64,000 nt of DNA from Candidatus Woesebacteria bacterium GW2011_GWA1_44_23 (GTDB taxonomy: Bacteria > Patescibacteriota > Microgenomatia > UBA8517), in assembly GCA_001001045.1 (NCBI GenBank), contig LCIL01000001.1, positions 442 to 64,441 of the forward strand, given 5' to 3'. How positions within the stretch are numbered: the first letter of the stretch is position 1; the number at the start of each line of letters is the position of its first letter. Positions 37,628 to 49,606 of the stretch are shown piece after piece. The translations under genes were made by a program, and so were the position numbers. The notes under the pieces were generated by a model. The model saw only the letters and a program-made list of their open reading frames with translations. It was not told the origin of the DNA and did not search any database.

Positions 37628-37998
37628 TGAAAATACTCGGTATTGATTACGGAAGAAGGAAAGTCGGGCTTGCCATCGCCAATGGGCCGTTAGCTGCGCC
37701 ATGGAAGGTAATTAAATATAAGGACGCAAAAGTTCTTATAGAAAATATTAAAGAAATTATAAGAAAGGAAGGTATCGAAAAAACAGTTGTCGGGGTTTCG
37801 GAGGGCGAAATGGGAGAGGAATCGAAAAAATTTGCAAGAGAGATCGGAGCAGTCACTTTTGATGAAACCCTTTCTACACAGGATGCGCAGATTCGGAGCT
37901 TGGAAGCCGAAATCGGGCAAAGGAAACGTCACGAAATGGAGGATGCCTACGCCGCTGCCATTATACTTCAGAACTTCCTGGATTTTGTTAACGCTTGA
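37627..37998 (+). CDS. ruvX: Putative pre-16S rRNA nuclease / Holliday junction resolvase-like YqgF (RuvX)
   Basis: MKILGIDYGRRKVGLAIANG...AYAAAIILQNFLD signature. Overlaps the sortase stop (TAATG). Confidence 0.85.
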   Translation: MKILGIDYGRRKVGLAIANGPLAAPWKVIKYKDAKVLIENIKEIIRKEGIEKTVVGVSEGEMGEESKKFAREIGAVTFDETLSTQDAQIRSLEAEIGQRKRHEMEDAYAAAIILQNFLDFVNA

Positions 37999-38031
37999 CC
38001 TGGGGTTGTCCATGCTATACTCTAAGTACCT

Positions 38032-38232
38032 ATGTTGAAGAACGTAATTGCCCCGATTCAGGCCTGGCTTCTTTCTCAAGGGCGCTGCGTCGGTTGCGGG
38101 ACCGAACTCTCCGAAGGTAAAAAGAAAAATACAAAATATGGTGAGCAGGTTACTTGTATTAAGTGCGGAAGAATTTTTATCCACGACACCAAAACCAATA
38201 AGTATAGAAGAGCGCTTCTGCAAGAAGTTTGA
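38032..38232 (+). CDS. small zinc-ribbon protein, hypothetical
   Basis: 66 aa with CVGCG...CIKCG. Confidence 0.35.
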   Translation: MLKNVIAPIQAWLLSQGRCVGCGTELSEGKKKNTKYGEQVTCIKCGRIFIHDTKTNKYRRALLQEV

Positions 38233-38238
38233 CTTGAG

Positions 38239-39192
38239 ATGAAGAAACTTTTGTTTTTTCCCCTACTGGTAGCGTTTATGCTTGTCGTGGCTGGCGTTTG
38301 GTTTTATATCAATACGCAGCCCGTCTCAGATAATAAAAATCCCAGTAATTTTATTATTACCAAGGGAGCATCGGCTTCTCAAATCGGCAATAAACTTCAA
38401 TCTTCGGGAATCATTAAAAGTGCATTGGCCTTTAAAATTTATATTCAGTTTACGGGTCAATCCGGGAAACTCCAGTCGGGTCAATTCAAGCTTTCTCCGT
38501 CCTTTTCGCTTTTTCAAAATATCGATTCCCTTCTAAGCGGCCCCATTGAAATTTGGGTAACAATTCCGGAAGGACTTAGGCGCGAAGAAATTGCGGCAAG
38601 ATTCACTGCGGCTTTAGGTAAAGAGAGTACATTTACCGATCAATTCCTGCTTGATTCTAAGGGAAAGGAGGGGTCCCTCTTCCCAGACACTTATCTTTTT
38701 CCGCTGGATGCGTCAGCCTCGATGGTCGTTAAAAAAATGGCGGATACGTTTAATGTCAAGACTTCAGGTTTGACTCCCCGGTCGTCGGGTCTGACTTTTG
38801 CCGAAGCAGTAACGATGGCTTCACTGATTGAGAGAGAAACGAAGGGAGACGCCGAGCGCCCCATCGTTGCCGGAATAATAATGAACAGGCTTGAGATAGG
38901 AATGGCACTTCAGGTCGATGCCTCAGTTCAATATGCGGTAGGGACCTCCAAGGACTGGTGGCCGATTTTGAGGTTGGCCGATCTGAATATAAACTCTCCT
39001 TACAACACATATAAATTTGCAGGGCTTCCACCCACGCCGATTGCAAACCCCGGGCTTTCCTCGCTTACTGCGGCATTTAACCCTGCAGAAACCGATTATA
39101 TGTATTATATTCACGATTCAACCGGTCAGATTCACTACGCCAGCTCGTTAAGTGAGCATAATGCCAATGTTGCCAAGTATCTCGGAAAATAA
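38239..39192 (+). CDS. mltG: Endolytic murein transglycosylase MltG (YceG)
   Basis: N-terminal TM. YceG-like domain containing YNTYKFAGLPPTPIANPG. Confidence 0.85.
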   Translation: MKKLLFFPLLVAFMLVVAGVWFYINTQPVSDNKNPSNFIITKGASASQIGNKLQSSGIIKSALAFKIYIQFTGQSGKLQSGQFKLSPSFSLFQNIDSLLSGPIEIWVTIPEGLRREEIAARFTAALGKESTFTDQFLLDSKGKEGSLFPDTYLFPLDASASMVVKKMADTFNVKTSGLTPRSSGLTFAEAVTMASLIERETKGDAERPIVAGIIMNRLEIGMALQVDASVQYAVGTSKDWWPILRLADLNINSPYNTYKFAGLPPTPIANPGLSSLTAAFNPAETDYMYYIHDSTGQIHYASSLSEHNANVAKYLGK

Positions 39193-39206
39193 AATCAAAG
39201 TGGGTG

Positions 39207-39234
39207 TTGACTTCCTTACGATAGATAATATAAT
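39207..39234 (+). promoter_or_regulatory. sigma70-like promoter upstream of rpoB (TTGACT-16-TATAAT)
   Basis: TTGACT at 39207-39212 and TATAAT at 39229-39234. Two short hairpins (CGTAC...GTACG and CCCGC...GCGGG) follow in the 85-nt leader. Confidence 0.5.
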
Positions 39235-39318
39235 CCGATCTTAGGCGTACATTAATGGTACGTTCGTCCCGCTTCAGTAAACGGCGGGCCTTTAGTGTTT
39301 GAAAGCCGTCAATAACGA

Positions 39319-42300
39319 ATGACATCTAAGAAACCATCCCGCAGAAATTTTGGGAAACAAGAAAAAAACTTACCCGAAATTAATCTTAGCCAGGTTCAAA
39401 AAGAAAGCTGGCAGTGGTTTTTGGGGGAAGGAATTAAGGAAGAGTTGATTGCGGTTTCTCCGATTGAAGACTTCACCGGGAAAAATTGGCAGTTATCCTT
39501 GGGTGACCACTCCCTGGGGGAACCCACAGTTTTACCTAAAACGGCGCAGAAAAAAGGAATTACATATGCATCCCCGGTTAAGATCCGCGCAACGCTTGTG
39601 AACAAAAGAACCGGAAAAGAGGTTACCCAGGACGTTTTCTTGGGTGATGTTCCCCAGATGACTTCCTCGGGAACATTCATCATCAACGGAATCGAAAGGG
39701 CTGTGATAAACCAAATTGTCCGTTCCCCAGGGGCTTATTTTTCTGGAGAGCTTGACCCGTCTTCGGGTCGGGTTCTATATAAAGCTGAAATTCGCCCTTT
39801 GCATGGAAGCTGGCTTGAATTTGAGACTACAAGGGCGGATATTATCTACGCCAGAATCGACAGGCGCAGGAAAGTGCTGGCAACGGTTTTTTTGAGGGCG
39901 TTGGGATTGGCATCCGATCAGGAGATAATTAATGCTTTTGCCGAAATTGACAAAAACGCCGACCACAAATATATTGCGGCAACTCTAGCCAAAGATTCTA
40001 CAAAAAGCCAGGAAGAGGCTTTGATCGAGATTTACAGAAAGATGAGACCTGGCGAGCCGGCCGTACTTGATAACGCCGAGGCACTTTTTGCAAGTCTGTT
40101 CACGGACGGTAGAAGGTACGATTTAGGACGGGTGGGGAGGTTCAAAATAAACAAGCGTCTGGGAGTTAATCTTCCTAACGAAAAGAGTAACTGGGTTTTA
40201 ACAAGACAGGATGCAGTTGCGGCTGTAACCTACCTCATCGGTTTGCAGAATGGAGTCGGTAAACTTGACGATATCGATCACCTCAGTAACCGGAGATTAA
40301 GAAGGGTCGGGGAGCTCGTAGCGGTAAACGCCTTTAGAGTGGGGCTACTTAGGCTCGAAAGAAGTGTTAAAGAAAAGATGAGCTTGATTTCACCTGACGA
40401 TAAACCGCTCCCGGCTACGCTTATCAACGCCCGCCCGCTGATAGCTTCGCTTAACGAATTTTTCAGAAGCAACCAACTCTCAACAATCCTGGACGACACA
40501 AACCCTCTAAGCGAGGTGGATAACCTCAGGCGCGTTTCCGTTCTCGGGACGGGGGGAATAAATAGGGAAAGAGCCAGCTTTTCCATACGTGACGTTAATG
40601 CCTCCCAATACGGAAGGATTGATCCTGTCAGGTCCCCCGAAGGGCCAAATATCGGACTTGTTACTTACCTCGCACTTTATGCCAAAGTTGACGAGTTTGG
40701 TTTTATTGAAGCTCCTTACAGGAAGGTGGAAAAAGTGGGGAAGAAGGTAAAGGTAACCGATGAAATAGTCTATTTAACGGCAGATGACGAGGAGGACCAC
40801 TATATTACCCATTCAGGGATAGGGATAGATGCTGGCGGGTTCATTACCGACAAACGTGTGCCCCTCAGGTATAGAGGCAAATTTATTGAAGGATCAGCAA
40901 ACCTGGTTGAATATATAGACGTGACTCCGAGAGAAGTAGTTGGGGCTTCTGCGTCTTTGATTCCTTTTTTGGCTAACGATGAGGGCAATAGAGCTCTTAT
41001 GGGAAGCAACATGCAATGTCAGGCGGTTCCACTTGTGAATCCCGAATCCCCCGTGGTCGGGACAGGAATGGAAGGGGTAATTTCTGCCGGAATGCAAAGA
41101 GTAATTTATGCGAGACATGCGGGAGTCGTTGAGTATGTTGATGGTGAAAAAGTTATCGTAAAACTGGACAAAAAGGCTGATGGAGAGGGGCTTGAGAATA
41201 TTGACATTGAGATCATCGAAGGCGGTAAAAAAGAAGTTTACTATCTGACCAAATTTAAACGTACCGCTCACTCAACCTGTTACAACCAGATAGCAAGGGT
41301 GTCGCCCGGCCAAAAAGTTGAAGGCGGAGAACTTTTGGTTGACGGCCCCGCAAGCGAAGGGGGAGAACTAGGATTAGGACGCAACCTAACGATAGCCTAT
41401 ACCAGTTTTGGAGGATACGGATTTGAAGATGCGATTCTTATATCCGAAAGACTTGTGAAAGAGGACCTTTTGACATCGATTCACATCGAGGAATATGAAG
41501 CCGAGGTAGTTGACACTAAACTGGGTCCGGAAGAAATAACCAATGACATTCCGAACGTTTCCGAAGCAGAGTTGGGCAATCTTGCCGGTGACGGAATAGT
41601 TATGATTGGAGCGGAAGTCGGACCGAACGATATACTGGTAGGTAAAATAGCTCCAAAAGGGGAAACGGAATTGACTTCCGAGGAAAGACTTCTGAGAGCC
41701 ATTTTTGGTGAAAAAGCGCGTGAAGTGAGGGACACTTCCCTCAGGATTCCTCATGGTGAACGCGGAATTGTCGTTGATGTCCAGATTTTGGACAGGGATA
41801 AGGGGGACGAACTTGGCCCGGGAGTGATAATGAAAGTGATTGTAAGGGTTGCCCAGATCAGAAAGATTACTGTCGGAGATAAAGTTGCTGGACGCCACGG
41901 AAACAAGGGAGTCGTGGCCAAGATTCTACCGGTTTCCGATATGCCGTACATGGCAGATGGAACTCCTGTTGATATCCTAATTTCTCCCCTTTCCGTTATT
42001 TCCCGTATGAATCTTGGACAGCTCATGGAAGCCCACCTCGGCTGGGCCCTTAAGACCAAGGATGAAAAAGGAGCCCTTCCTGTTTTTGATAAGATCGGGG
42101 CTGATATTATAGCAAAAGAACTTGCCGAAGCCGGCCTTCCTGTTACCGGAAAAACAAGGCTTTTCGACGGCCGTACGGGAGAAGCTTTTAAAGAAGACAC
42201 TGTGGTTGGGATCAGTTACATAATGAAGCTTATCCATATGGTTGAGGATAAAACTCATGCCCGTTCCACTGGTCCGTACTCACTGGTCACCCAACAGCCT

Positions 42301-42687
42301 CTGGGCGGAAAAGCTCAGATGGGAGGACAGCGGTTGGGGGAAATGGAAGTCTGGGCACTTGAATCTCATAGAGCAAGCCACACTTTGCAGGAAATGTTAA
42401 CCATAAAAAGCGACGATGTTTTAGGCCGTGCTAAAGCATTTGAAGCAATTGTCAAAGGCATAGAAATTCCGGAGGCGACGATTCCGGAGAGCTTTAAAGT
42501 GCTGGTAAGAGAGCTTAACTCGTTGGGCCTTGCGGTAGAACCTAAAGGCGCGATTGTTGCCAAGGTTGATGAAGAAATCGTGACGGAAGGGTCGGAACTT
42601 GCCCAGGCGGCCGGCGCTGAAATGGTTGCAACAGATGAGTTAATTGCAGATAAAGGCCCGATGGAGGTAGAGGAGGTAGTAATTTAA
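39319..42687 (+). CDS. rpoB: DNA-directed RNA polymerase subunit beta
   Basis: 1122 aa with conserved RpoB blocks throughout (e.g. GNKGVVAKILP, LGGKAQMGGQRLGEME). Confidence 0.97.
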   Translation: MTSKKPSRRNFGKQEKNLPEINLSQVQKESWQWFLGEGIKEELIAVSPIEDFTGKNWQLSLGDHSLGEPTVLPKTAQKKGITYASPVKIRATLVNKRTGKEVTQDVFLGDVPQMTSSGTFIINGIERAVINQIVRSPGAYFSGELDPSSGRVLYKAEIRPLHGSWLEFETTRADIIYARIDRRRKVLATVFLRALGLASDQEIINAFAEIDKNADHKYIAATLAKDSTKSQEEALIEIYRKMRPGEPAVLDNAEALFASLFTDGRRYDLGRVGRFKINKRLGVNLPNEKSNWVLTRQDAVAAVTYLIGLQNGVGKLDDIDHLSNRRLRRVGELVAVNAFRVGLLRLERSVKEKMSLISPDDKPLPATLINARPLIASLNEFFRSNQLSTILDDTNPLSEVDNLRRVSVLGTGGINRERASFSIRDVNASQYGRIDPVRSPEGPNIGLVTYLALYAKVDEFGFIEAPYRKVEKVGKKVKVTDEIVYLTADDEEDHYITHSGIGIDAGGFITDKRVPLRYRGKFIEGSANLVEYIDVTPREVVGASASLIPFLANDEGNRALMGSNMQCQAVPLVNPESPVVGTGMEGVISAGMQRVIYARHAGVVEYVDGEKVIVKLDKKADGEGLENIDIEIIEGGKKEVYYLTKFKRTAHSTCYNQIARVSPGQKVEGGELLVDGPASEGGELGLGRNLTIAYTSFGGYGFEDAILISERLVKEDLLTSIHIEEYEAEVVDTKLGPEEITNDIPNVSEAELGNLAGDGIVMIGAEVGPNDILVGKIAPKGETELTSEERLLRAIFGEKAREVRDTSLRIPHGERGIVVDVQILDRDKGDELGPGVIMKVIVRVAQIRKITVGDKVAGRHGNKGVVAKILPVSDMPYMADGTPVDILISPLSVISRMNLGQLMEAHLGWALKTKDEKGALPVFDKIGADIIAKELAEAGLPVTGKTRLFDGRTGEAFKEDTVVGISYIMKLIHMVEDKTHARSTGPYSLVTQQPLGGKAQMGGQRLGEMEVWALESHRASHTLQEMLTIKSDDVLGRAKAFEAIVKGIEIPEATIPESFKVLVRELNSLGLAVEPKGAIVAKVDEEIVTEGSELAQAAGAEMVATDELIADKGPMEVEEVVI

Positions 42688-42692
42688 TAATT

Positions 42693-45600
42693 ATGGAACA
42701 ATTAGCTGATTTAAAGAATTTAACCGATTTTAAGAGCCTACTTATAAAATTTGCCTCACCTGAGGAAATCCGTGCTTGGAGCCGTGGTGAGATTACCAAG
42801 CCGGAAACCATAAACTACAGAACTCTTAAACCCGAAAAAGACGGTCTTTTTGACGAAAGAATTTTTGGTCCCACAAAAGACTGGGAATGTTATTGTGGAA
42901 AATATAAGAGGATCAGGTACAAAGGAGTTATTTGTGACAAATGCGGAGTTGAGGTTACCCAGTCGAGAGTCAGGCGTGAGAGGATGGGCCACATTACTCT
43001 GGCAACTCCTACGGCACACGTATGGTTTTTCAAAGGGGCGCCTTCGAAAATCTCCCTTCTTTTAGGTGTTGCTCCAAGGGGAATTGAGCAGGTTATTTAT
43101 TTTGCCAGATATTTGGTTACTGAAGTAGATGACGAAAAGAAGAAGGACGCTCTCAAAAATATCCTAAAGGCCAGAGACGAAAGACTGGATGAGGTTGCGG
43201 AAAATTTCAAATCCAGAAGGGATACGTTAAAAGTTGAGGAAAAGGATGCAAAAGAAAAGATTGAGACTAAGATTAAAAATAAAGAACAGGCTTCTTTGGC
43301 AACGGCAGAGATTGAACTAAACCTTAGAAAGAAAGAGGCGGCAATTAACGAAGAAGAAAAAGCCACTACCAACAAGACAAGTGAGCTTTTTGACAATTTG
43401 ACGGCGGTCGCAAAAAGCCTGCATCCTTTAAGCATCCTAAGCGAGGAGGAATTTGATGAACTTTACGAACACGAGGCTACTGATTTCTTTACGGCAAAAA
43501 TGGGAGCGGACGCCATCCTTAACGCGGTTGAGAAAATTAATTTGGAAGAAATATCCAAAGTTCTGAGAGAGGAAATCGGTTCCATCAAGGGCGGAAGCAG
43601 CAAGTATGTAAAACTTGTAAAAAGACTGAAGCTTATCGACGGGCTTAGGCGGGCTAAGGTGAACCCTTCCTGGATGATTTTGAGAGTGCTTCCCGTTCTG
43701 CCTCCGGACTTGCGTCCGATGGTACAACTTTCCGGCGGAAGGTTTGCGACGAGTGACTTAAATGATCTTTATAGAAGGGTTATCAATAGGAATAACAGGC
43801 TTAAGCACTTGATTTCATTGGGTGCACCCGAAATAATTCTTCGAAACGAAAAGAGAATGCTTCAGGAAGCGGTGGATTCTTTGATTGATGCGTCTCAAAG
43901 AAAAGCAACCAGGAAAAGCCGCGGTAGGCAACCCCTAAGATCCCTGAGTGACATGCTCCGCGGTAAACAGGGCAGGTTTAGGCAAAACCTTTTGGGTAAG
44001 AGAGTGGATTATTCGGGAAGAAGTGTCGTTATTGTAGGCCCAGAGCTCAAGCTCACTCAGTGCGGGCTTCCTAAAGATATGGCCCTCGAAATGTTCAAAC
44101 CTTTTGTCCTCCGTGAGATGATTGCAAGAGGCATCGCCCCTAACGTCAAAAGCGCCAAAAACATGCTTGACAGGCGCCCACCTGAAGTTTTTGACATCCT
44201 GGAGGAAATTACCAAGGATCATCCGGTGCTCCTTAACCGTGCTCCGACTCTACATAAACTTTCAATTCAGTCGTTTTATCCGATATTAATCGAAGGAAGT
44301 GCAATTAGGCTCCATCCGGCGGTTTGTTCCGGATTTAATGCCGACTTTGACGGTGACCAAATGGCGGTTCATGTTCCTCTTTCAACAAAAGCGGTTGAGG
44401 AAGCAAGAACCTTAATGCTCCCGACAAATAATTTGCTAAAACCAAGCGACGGAGGTCCTGCGGCCACCCCATCCAGTAAGGAAATTGCCTTGGGTGCATA
44501 CTATCTGACGAGTGAAGATACCAGACTTTCCACCTATCCGACAATTTTTGCGGATAAAGATGAAGCAATTTATGCCTACCAATCGGACCATCTTGAAGTC
44601 AGACAAAAAATTCGGGTAAAAATTGGTAGCGGCATCACTGAAACTACGGTGGGCAGACTTCTTTTTAACGAAGTCCTGCCGGAAAATTTCGATTTCATCA
44701 ATGAGGCCGTGACTTCCTCGGTTATTAAATCTTTGTTCGTTAAAGCATATGCTACCGTTTCTAGGGAGCGTGTTGTTCAGCTGGTTGATGACGTAAAGGA
44801 CTTAGGATTTTTCGGAGGCACAATTTCCGGAATTTCATTCGGCATTTTTGATGCCAAACTTTACCCCGGGAAAGCAAAAGCATTGGAGGATGCTGATGGC
44901 AGGGTATCGGAAATTGAGGAAAACTTTAATCAGGGTCTAATTACCCAAGAGGAAAAAAGACGGCTTACCCAGGAAGTCTGGATTGAAGTTTCGGAAGACC
45001 TGGCCGACAAAACCTGGAATGAAATGGAGCCTACAAACCCAATTCGTGTCGTCATTGATGCCAAAGTCGGGCGTGCTTCAAGAGACCAGGTTAAACAGTT
45101 GGCGGCCATCCGCGGACTTGTCGTTGATCCCATGGGTAAAATTGTTGAACTTCCTATTAAGAGTAACTTTAGAGAAGGGCTTTCGGTCTTTGAATATGTC
45201 ACTTCTTCCCGCGGTTCCAGAAAAGGTTTGACCGACAGCGCTATTAAAACTGCAGACGCCGGATACTTAACCAGGAGACTGGTCGATGTAGCTCATGACG
45301 TAATAATCAGGCTTGAGGATTGTGGTACAAAAGAAGGATATGAAATCAAAAAAGAAGCCCGTCCAAATGTTTTTGCCCAAAGAATCTTTGGCAGATTTTT
45401 AGCCAAGGATGTTACTCTTCCCAAAGGAAAGACGATTTTGGCAAAGACAGGAGAAATCATTGATGAAGCTACAGCCAAGAAGATTGATGAGGCTGGGGTG
45501 ACCTCGGTATTTGTAAGATCTCCCTTAACATGTGAGGCTAGGTATGGAATGTGCGTGAAGTGCTACGGTTGGGATCTCGGAACAAAGGATACGGTAGAGG

Positions 45601-46412
45601 TCGGAATGCCTGTTGGGGTGGTTGCCGCCCAATCCATCGGAGAGCCTGGAACCCAGTTAACCCTTCGTACAAAACACGCCGCCGGTGTTGTTGGAGTTGA
45701 CGTTACCCAGGGACTTCCTAGGGTTGAAGAACTGGTCGAGGCCAGACTTCCCAAAGTTGTGTCGGCACTCTCTGAAATTACAGGTAAAGCCCGCATAGTA
45801 GAAACGGACGAAGGATGGAAAGTCACCATTACCTCCAAAGGAACTCCCAAAGAAGAAAAAGAGTATATTATTGCCAAGACCCTGGAACTGGTAATTGAGG
45901 ACGGTTCGGTGGTTGAGGCCGGACAAGCCCTGGCCAAGGGAGCTCTCGATATAAAAGACATTCTTTCGATTAAAGGGTTGAGGGCTGCGCAGGATTATTT
46001 GGTCAGCGAGATTCAGAAAGTTTACGAATCTCAGGGAATCCCCATCAACGACAGACATTTTGAGGTAATAGCCAGGAAGATGAGTGATGAAGTAAGAATC
46101 GTAACGACCGGAGATACACCGTTTTTGCCTGGGGAGTTGGCAAGCCGTGCCAGCTTTGAGGAAGAGAATGATAAAGTCTTGGCCGCCGGCGGGGAGCCCG
46201 CGAGCGCCCAACAGGTAGTGTTGGGGATAACAAGAAGGGCACTATACACCGACAGTTGGCTTTCCGCAGCCTCATTTGAGCAGACCACCGATGTTTTGAC
46301 AGAGGCTTCCTTGCTCGGGCGCGAGGATAAACTCGTGGGACTTAAAGAAAACGTTATAATTGGGAGGCTTATTCCGGTCACCGCAGAAAGGGCGGCAATG
46401 CCGCAAGGGTAA
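42693..46412 (+). CDS. rpoC: DNA-directed RNA polymerase subunit beta'
   Basis: Zinc-binding CYCGKYKR...CDKCGVEV, the NADFDGDQM catalytic motif, trigger loop. 1239 aa. Confidence 0.97.
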   Translation: MEQLADLKNLTDFKSLLIKFASPEEIRAWSRGEITKPETINYRTLKPEKDGLFDERIFGPTKDWECYCGKYKRIRYKGVICDKCGVEVTQSRVRRERMGHITLATPTAHVWFFKGAPSKISLLLGVAPRGIEQVIYFARYLVTEVDDEKKKDALKNILKARDERLDEVAENFKSRRDTLKVEEKDAKEKIETKIKNKEQASLATAEIELNLRKKEAAINEEEKATTNKTSELFDNLTAVAKSLHPLSILSEEEFDELYEHEATDFFTAKMGADAILNAVEKINLEEISKVLREEIGSIKGGSSKYVKLVKRLKLIDGLRRAKVNPSWMILRVLPVLPPDLRPMVQLSGGRFATSDLNDLYRRVINRNNRLKHLISLGAPEIILRNEKRMLQEAVDSLIDASQRKATRKSRGRQPLRSLSDMLRGKQGRFRQNLLGKRVDYSGRSVVIVGPELKLTQCGLPKDMALEMFKPFVLREMIARGIAPNVKSAKNMLDRRPPEVFDILEEITKDHPVLLNRAPTLHKLSIQSFYPILIEGSAIRLHPAVCSGFNADFDGDQMAVHVPLSTKAVEEARTLMLPTNNLLKPSDGGPAATPSSKEIALGAYYLTSEDTRLSTYPTIFADKDEAIYAYQSDHLEVRQKIRVKIGSGITETTVGRLLFNEVLPENFDFINEAVTSSVIKSLFVKAYATVSRERVVQLVDDVKDLGFFGGTISGISFGIFDAKLYPGKAKALEDADGRVSEIEENFNQGLITQEEKRRLTQEVWIEVSEDLADKTWNEMEPTNPIRVVIDAKVGRASRDQVKQLAAIRGLVVDPMGKIVELPIKSNFREGLSVFEYVTSSRGSRKGLTDSAIKTADAGYLTRRLVDVAHDVIIRLEDCGTKEGYEIKKEARPNVFAQRIFGRFLAKDVTLPKGKTILAKTGEIIDEATAKKIDEAGVTSVFVRSPLTCEARYGMCVKCYGWDLGTKDTVEVGMPVGVVAAQSIGEPGTQLTLRTKHAAGVVGVDVTQGLPRVEELVEARLPKVVSALSEITGKARIVETDEGWKVTITSKGTPKEEKEYIIAKTLELVIEDGSVVEAGQALAKGALDIKDILSIKGLRAAQDYLVSEIQKVYESQGIPINDRHFEVIARKMSDEVRIVTTGDTPFLPGELASRASFEEENDKVLAAGGEPASAQQVVLGITRRALYTDSWLSAASFEQTTDVLTEASLLGREDKLVGLKENVIIGRLIPVTAERAAMPQG

Positions 46413-46413
46413 T

Positions 46414-46842
46414 ATGCCAACAATTAATCAACTTACAAGAAAGGGTAGGAAACGGATTGTCAAAAAGACAAAAACCACGGCTCTAAAAAGATGGTTTAAT
46501 GCCAAAGACAGAAAGTTTTCCGAAAGCCACTCCGCTTTTAAGCGGGGAGTTGTCTTGGCCGTCCGTACCATGACGCCCAAAAAGCCAAACTCAGCCCTCC
46601 GTAAAGTGGCCAGGGTGCGCCTTTCAAATAAACAGGAAATTACGGCCTATATTCCGGGTGAAGGGCACGAACTCGCGGAACATTCAATTGTTTTAGTACG
46701 TGGAGGCCGGGTTAAAGATCTTCCGGGAGTAAAATATCATGTGGTTAGAGGTAAATATGATACGACAGGTGTGGCAGGTAGGCAGACGGGAAGAAGCAGA
46801 TACGGAGCCAAGAAAGGACAAGGAGGGGCGAAAGCCGCGTAA
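46414..46842 (+). CDS. rpsL: 30S ribosomal protein S12
   Basis: [13 protein letters not shown]...[15 protein letters not shown]...[19 protein letters not shown]. Confidence 0.95.
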   Translation: MPTINQLTRKGRKRIVKKTKTTALKRWFNAKDRKFSESHSAFKRGVVLAVRTMTPKKPNSALRKVARVRLSNKQEITAYIPGEGHELAEHSIVLVRGGRVKDLPGVKYHVVRGKYDTTGVAGRQTGRSRYGAKKGQGGAKAA

Positions 46843-46845
46843 GCT

Positions 46846-47325
46846 ATGGCAAGAAAGGGAACCATAAGACCAAAAATTTTAGAACCGGATCCGATTTACG
46901 GAAGCCGCTTGGTGACAAAACTTATCAATAGGAGCATGTACGATGGTAAAAAATCAGTTGCCAGGACCGAAATCTACGAGGCTTTTGAGCTGATTAAAGA
47001 AAGATCCGGCGAAGATCCGTTGAAGATTTTTAATCAAGCCCTAGAAAATATCAAGCCCACAATGGAAGTTCGTGCCAGAAGAATCGGTGGAGCCGCATAC
47101 CAGGTCCCGGCACCGGTAAGAGGCCCCAGGCGGGAATCCTTGGCAATCAGGTGGCTGATAGCGGCCGCGAATGCAAGGTCAAATTCCGATTTTCACACCT
47201 ACGGCAAAAAACTTGCTGCCGAAATAATGGATGCGGCCAAAAGTGAGGGAGCTGCCGTCAAAAAGAGGACAGACATGGAAAGATCAGCAGAAGCGAATAA
47301 GGCTTTTGCACACTTTAGGTGGTAG
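46846..47325 (+). CDS. rpsG: 30S ribosomal protein S7
   Basis: RIGGAAYQVPAPVRGPRRESLAIRWL and overall S7 similarity. Confidence 0.95.
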   Translation: MARKGTIRPKILEPDPIYGSRLVTKLINRSMYDGKKSVARTEIYEAFELIKERSGEDPLKIFNQALENIKPTMEVRARRIGGAAYQVPAPVRGPRRESLAIRWLIAAANARSNSDFHTYGKKLAAEIMDAAKSEGAAVKKRTDMERSAEANKAFAHFRW

Positions 47326-47378
47326 AGATAGAAGTTTCTTCTTTCCTAGAAATCATTTTACAGATAAACTAACTAACT

Positions 47379-49547
47379 ATGGCAGAAGTAGCAAAGAAAA
47401 AGGCAGCAATAGTAATGACGGCAACAAAGGACCGTAATGTTTCCTATGAAAAAATCCGAAATATCGGTATTATTGCCCATATAGATGCCGGCAAGACCAC
47501 AACCACGGAAAGGCTTCTTTTTGAAACCGGAAGGACTTATAAATTAGGTTCTGTTGATGAAGGAACCACGGTTACCGACTGGATGGCTCAGGAAAGAGAG
47601 CGCGGAATTACGATTGTTTCTGCGGCAATTACCACTTTTTGGGATTTGAAAAAGGAATCTTCAGTCGGGGCCGGGCATTATAGAATTAATATTATCGACA
47701 CACCGGGTCATATCGACTTTACCGCCGAAGTCGAGCGTTCTTTGAGAGTTTTGGACGGGGCTTTAATGGTTTTTGACGGCCGTACGGGGGTTGAATCCCA
47801 ATCCGAAACGGTTTGGAGACAGGCGGATAGATATAATGTCCCCAGGATTTGCGTTTTAAATAAGCTCAATCTAATCGGAGCCAATTTTGAGGAATCAATA
47901 AAATCGATCCGGGAGCGCCTTGGAGCAAACGCCGCACCCGTAATAGTTCCCATCGGCCAGGAGCACGAACATAGAGGGGTTGTCGATTTAATTAAAATGA
48001 AAGCCTTCACATATAAAGATGTCGGCGATCATGAATTGACGGAGGAAGAAATTCCGGCAGAAGTTGCCGAAAGTGTTAAAAAATATAGAACAGAACTTCT
48101 TGAAAGAGCTGCCGAGTTTGACGATGAAGCACTTAGCCTTTTTTTGGAAGGTAAAGAAATCGGAGAGGTGATTCTGAAAAGAGCCATCCGTAAAGGAGTC
48201 ATTGCCGGAAAGTTTTTCCCCATTTTTGGCGGCGACAACAGAACCGCTGAGAGCCAACTGCTTCTGGACGGAGTTGTGGAATTTTTACCTTCCCCCCTGG
48301 ACCTTCCTCCCGTTGAAGGGGTTAATCCCAAAACCGGAGAAAAAGATACACGAGAGAGGGAAAATGAGGCTCCTTTTTCCGGCCTTGCCTTCAAAGTTAT
48401 GACGGATCCGCATGTAGGAAGACTTGTCTATGTCAGAATTTATTCCGGTACACTTTCCGCGGGTCAGCAGGTTTATAACTCCTCGGCTCAAAAGCCTGAA
48501 AGAATAGGGAAGCTAGTTCTTCTTCATGCGGACCAGAGGGAATTAATAGAAACCGCCTACGCTGGAGAAATAGTGGCTGTTGTCGGAATAAAAGATACAA
48601 CAACGGGTAATACATTATGCGATCCGGGGCACCCGATTATCCTTGAATCTATAAACTTTCCGGAGCCGGTTATTTCCCTGGCAATTGAGCCTGCCACCAA
48701 GAGTGACCAGGAAAAAATGGGACTGGCACTTAGTAAACTCTCCGATGAAGACCCCACTTTTAGAATTAAAAGTAATCCCGAAACGGGACAAACGATTATT
48801 TCCGGAATGGGAGAACTTCAATTGGAAGTTTTGGTAGACAGAATGAAAAGGGAGTTTAACGTTTTGGCCACAACCGGTGCTCCTCAGGTTGCATATAAAG
48901 AAACAGTCAAGAAAATCGGTGAGGGAGAGGGCAAATATATCCGTCAGACGGGAGGCCGGGGACAGTATGGACATTGCCTTATTAGACTCGAACCCATGGG
49001 ACGTGGAGAGGGATTTGAGTTCAAGAGTGAAATTAAGGGTGGGGCCATCCCTCAGGAATATATTTCCCCCATCGAAAGGGGTATCAAGGAAAAGATGGAA
49101 AACGGAGTTTTGGCGGGATTCCCTATGGTCGACATGAGGGCAGTTGTTTATGACGGAAGTTTCCACGAAGTTGATTCAAGCGAAATTGCTTTCAAAATTG
49201 CCGGATCAATGGCCCTGGAGGACGCATTCAGGAAAAGCGACCCGGTGCTTCTTGAGCCTATTATGAAGGTCGAAGTTTCAACCCCCGATGAATTTATGGG
49301 TGATGTAATCGGAGACCTTTCCAGTAAGAGGGCTCAGGTTTCCGGAACCGAGAAGCGCGGACTCATGACGGTTATAAACGCGACGGCACCTTTGGCCGAA
49401 CTTTCGGGTTATGCAACCAAACTTAGATCCCTGACTCAGGGCCGTGCCAGCTATTACATGGAACCCTCCCATTATGAAGAAGTACCGAAGAATATTTCCG
49501 AAGCAGTTATTGCCAAAGCGGGTAAAGTCGAAATGCCGAGGGGTTAG
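47379..49547 (+). CDS. fusA: Elongation factor G
   Basis: AHIDAGKTTTTERLL, DTPGHIDF, and domains II-V. 722 aa. Confidence 0.97.
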   Translation: MAEVAKKKAAIVMTATKDRNVSYEKIRNIGIIAHIDAGKTTTTERLLFETGRTYKLGSVDEGTTVTDWMAQERERGITIVSAAITTFWDLKKESSVGAGHYRINIIDTPGHIDFTAEVERSLRVLDGALMVFDGRTGVESQSETVWRQADRYNVPRICVLNKLNLIGANFEESIKSIRERLGANAAPVIVPIGQEHEHRGVVDLIKMKAFTYKDVGDHELTEEEIPAEVAESVKKYRTELLERAAEFDDEALSLFLEGKEIGEVILKRAIRKGVIAGKFFPIFGGDNRTAESQLLLDGVVEFLPSPLDLPPVEGVNPKTGEKDTRERENEAPFSGLAFKVMTDPHVGRLVYVRIYSGTLSAGQQVYNSSAQKPERIGKLVLLHADQRELIETAYAGEIVAVVGIKDTTTGNTLCDPGHPIILESINFPEPVISLAIEPATKSDQEKMGLALSKLSDEDPTFRIKSNPETGQTIISGMGELQLEVLVDRMKREFNVLATTGAPQVAYKETVKKIGEGEGKYIRQTGGRGQYGHCLIRLEPMGRGEGFEFKSEIKGGAIPQEYISPIERGIKEKMENGVLAGFPMVDMRAVVYDGSFHEVDSSEIAFKIAGSMALEDAFRKSDPVLLEPIMKVEVSTPDEFMGDVIGDLSSKRAQVSGTEKRGLMTVINATAPLAELSGYATKLRSLTQGRASYYMEPSHYEEVPKNISEAVIAKAGKVEMPRG

Positions 49548-49561
49548 AATTAAGATGGCAC

Positions 49562-49590
49562 TTGACTGCCTAATTAGCCTCGGATATAAT
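49562..49590 (+). promoter_or_regulatory. sigma70-like promoter between fusA and tuf (TTGACT-17-TATAAT)
   Basis: Both hexamers are at or near consensus with a 17-nt spacer, about 17 nt upstream of the tuf ATG. Confidence 0.55.
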
Positions 49591-49606
49591 ACACACTTGT
49601 ACACAT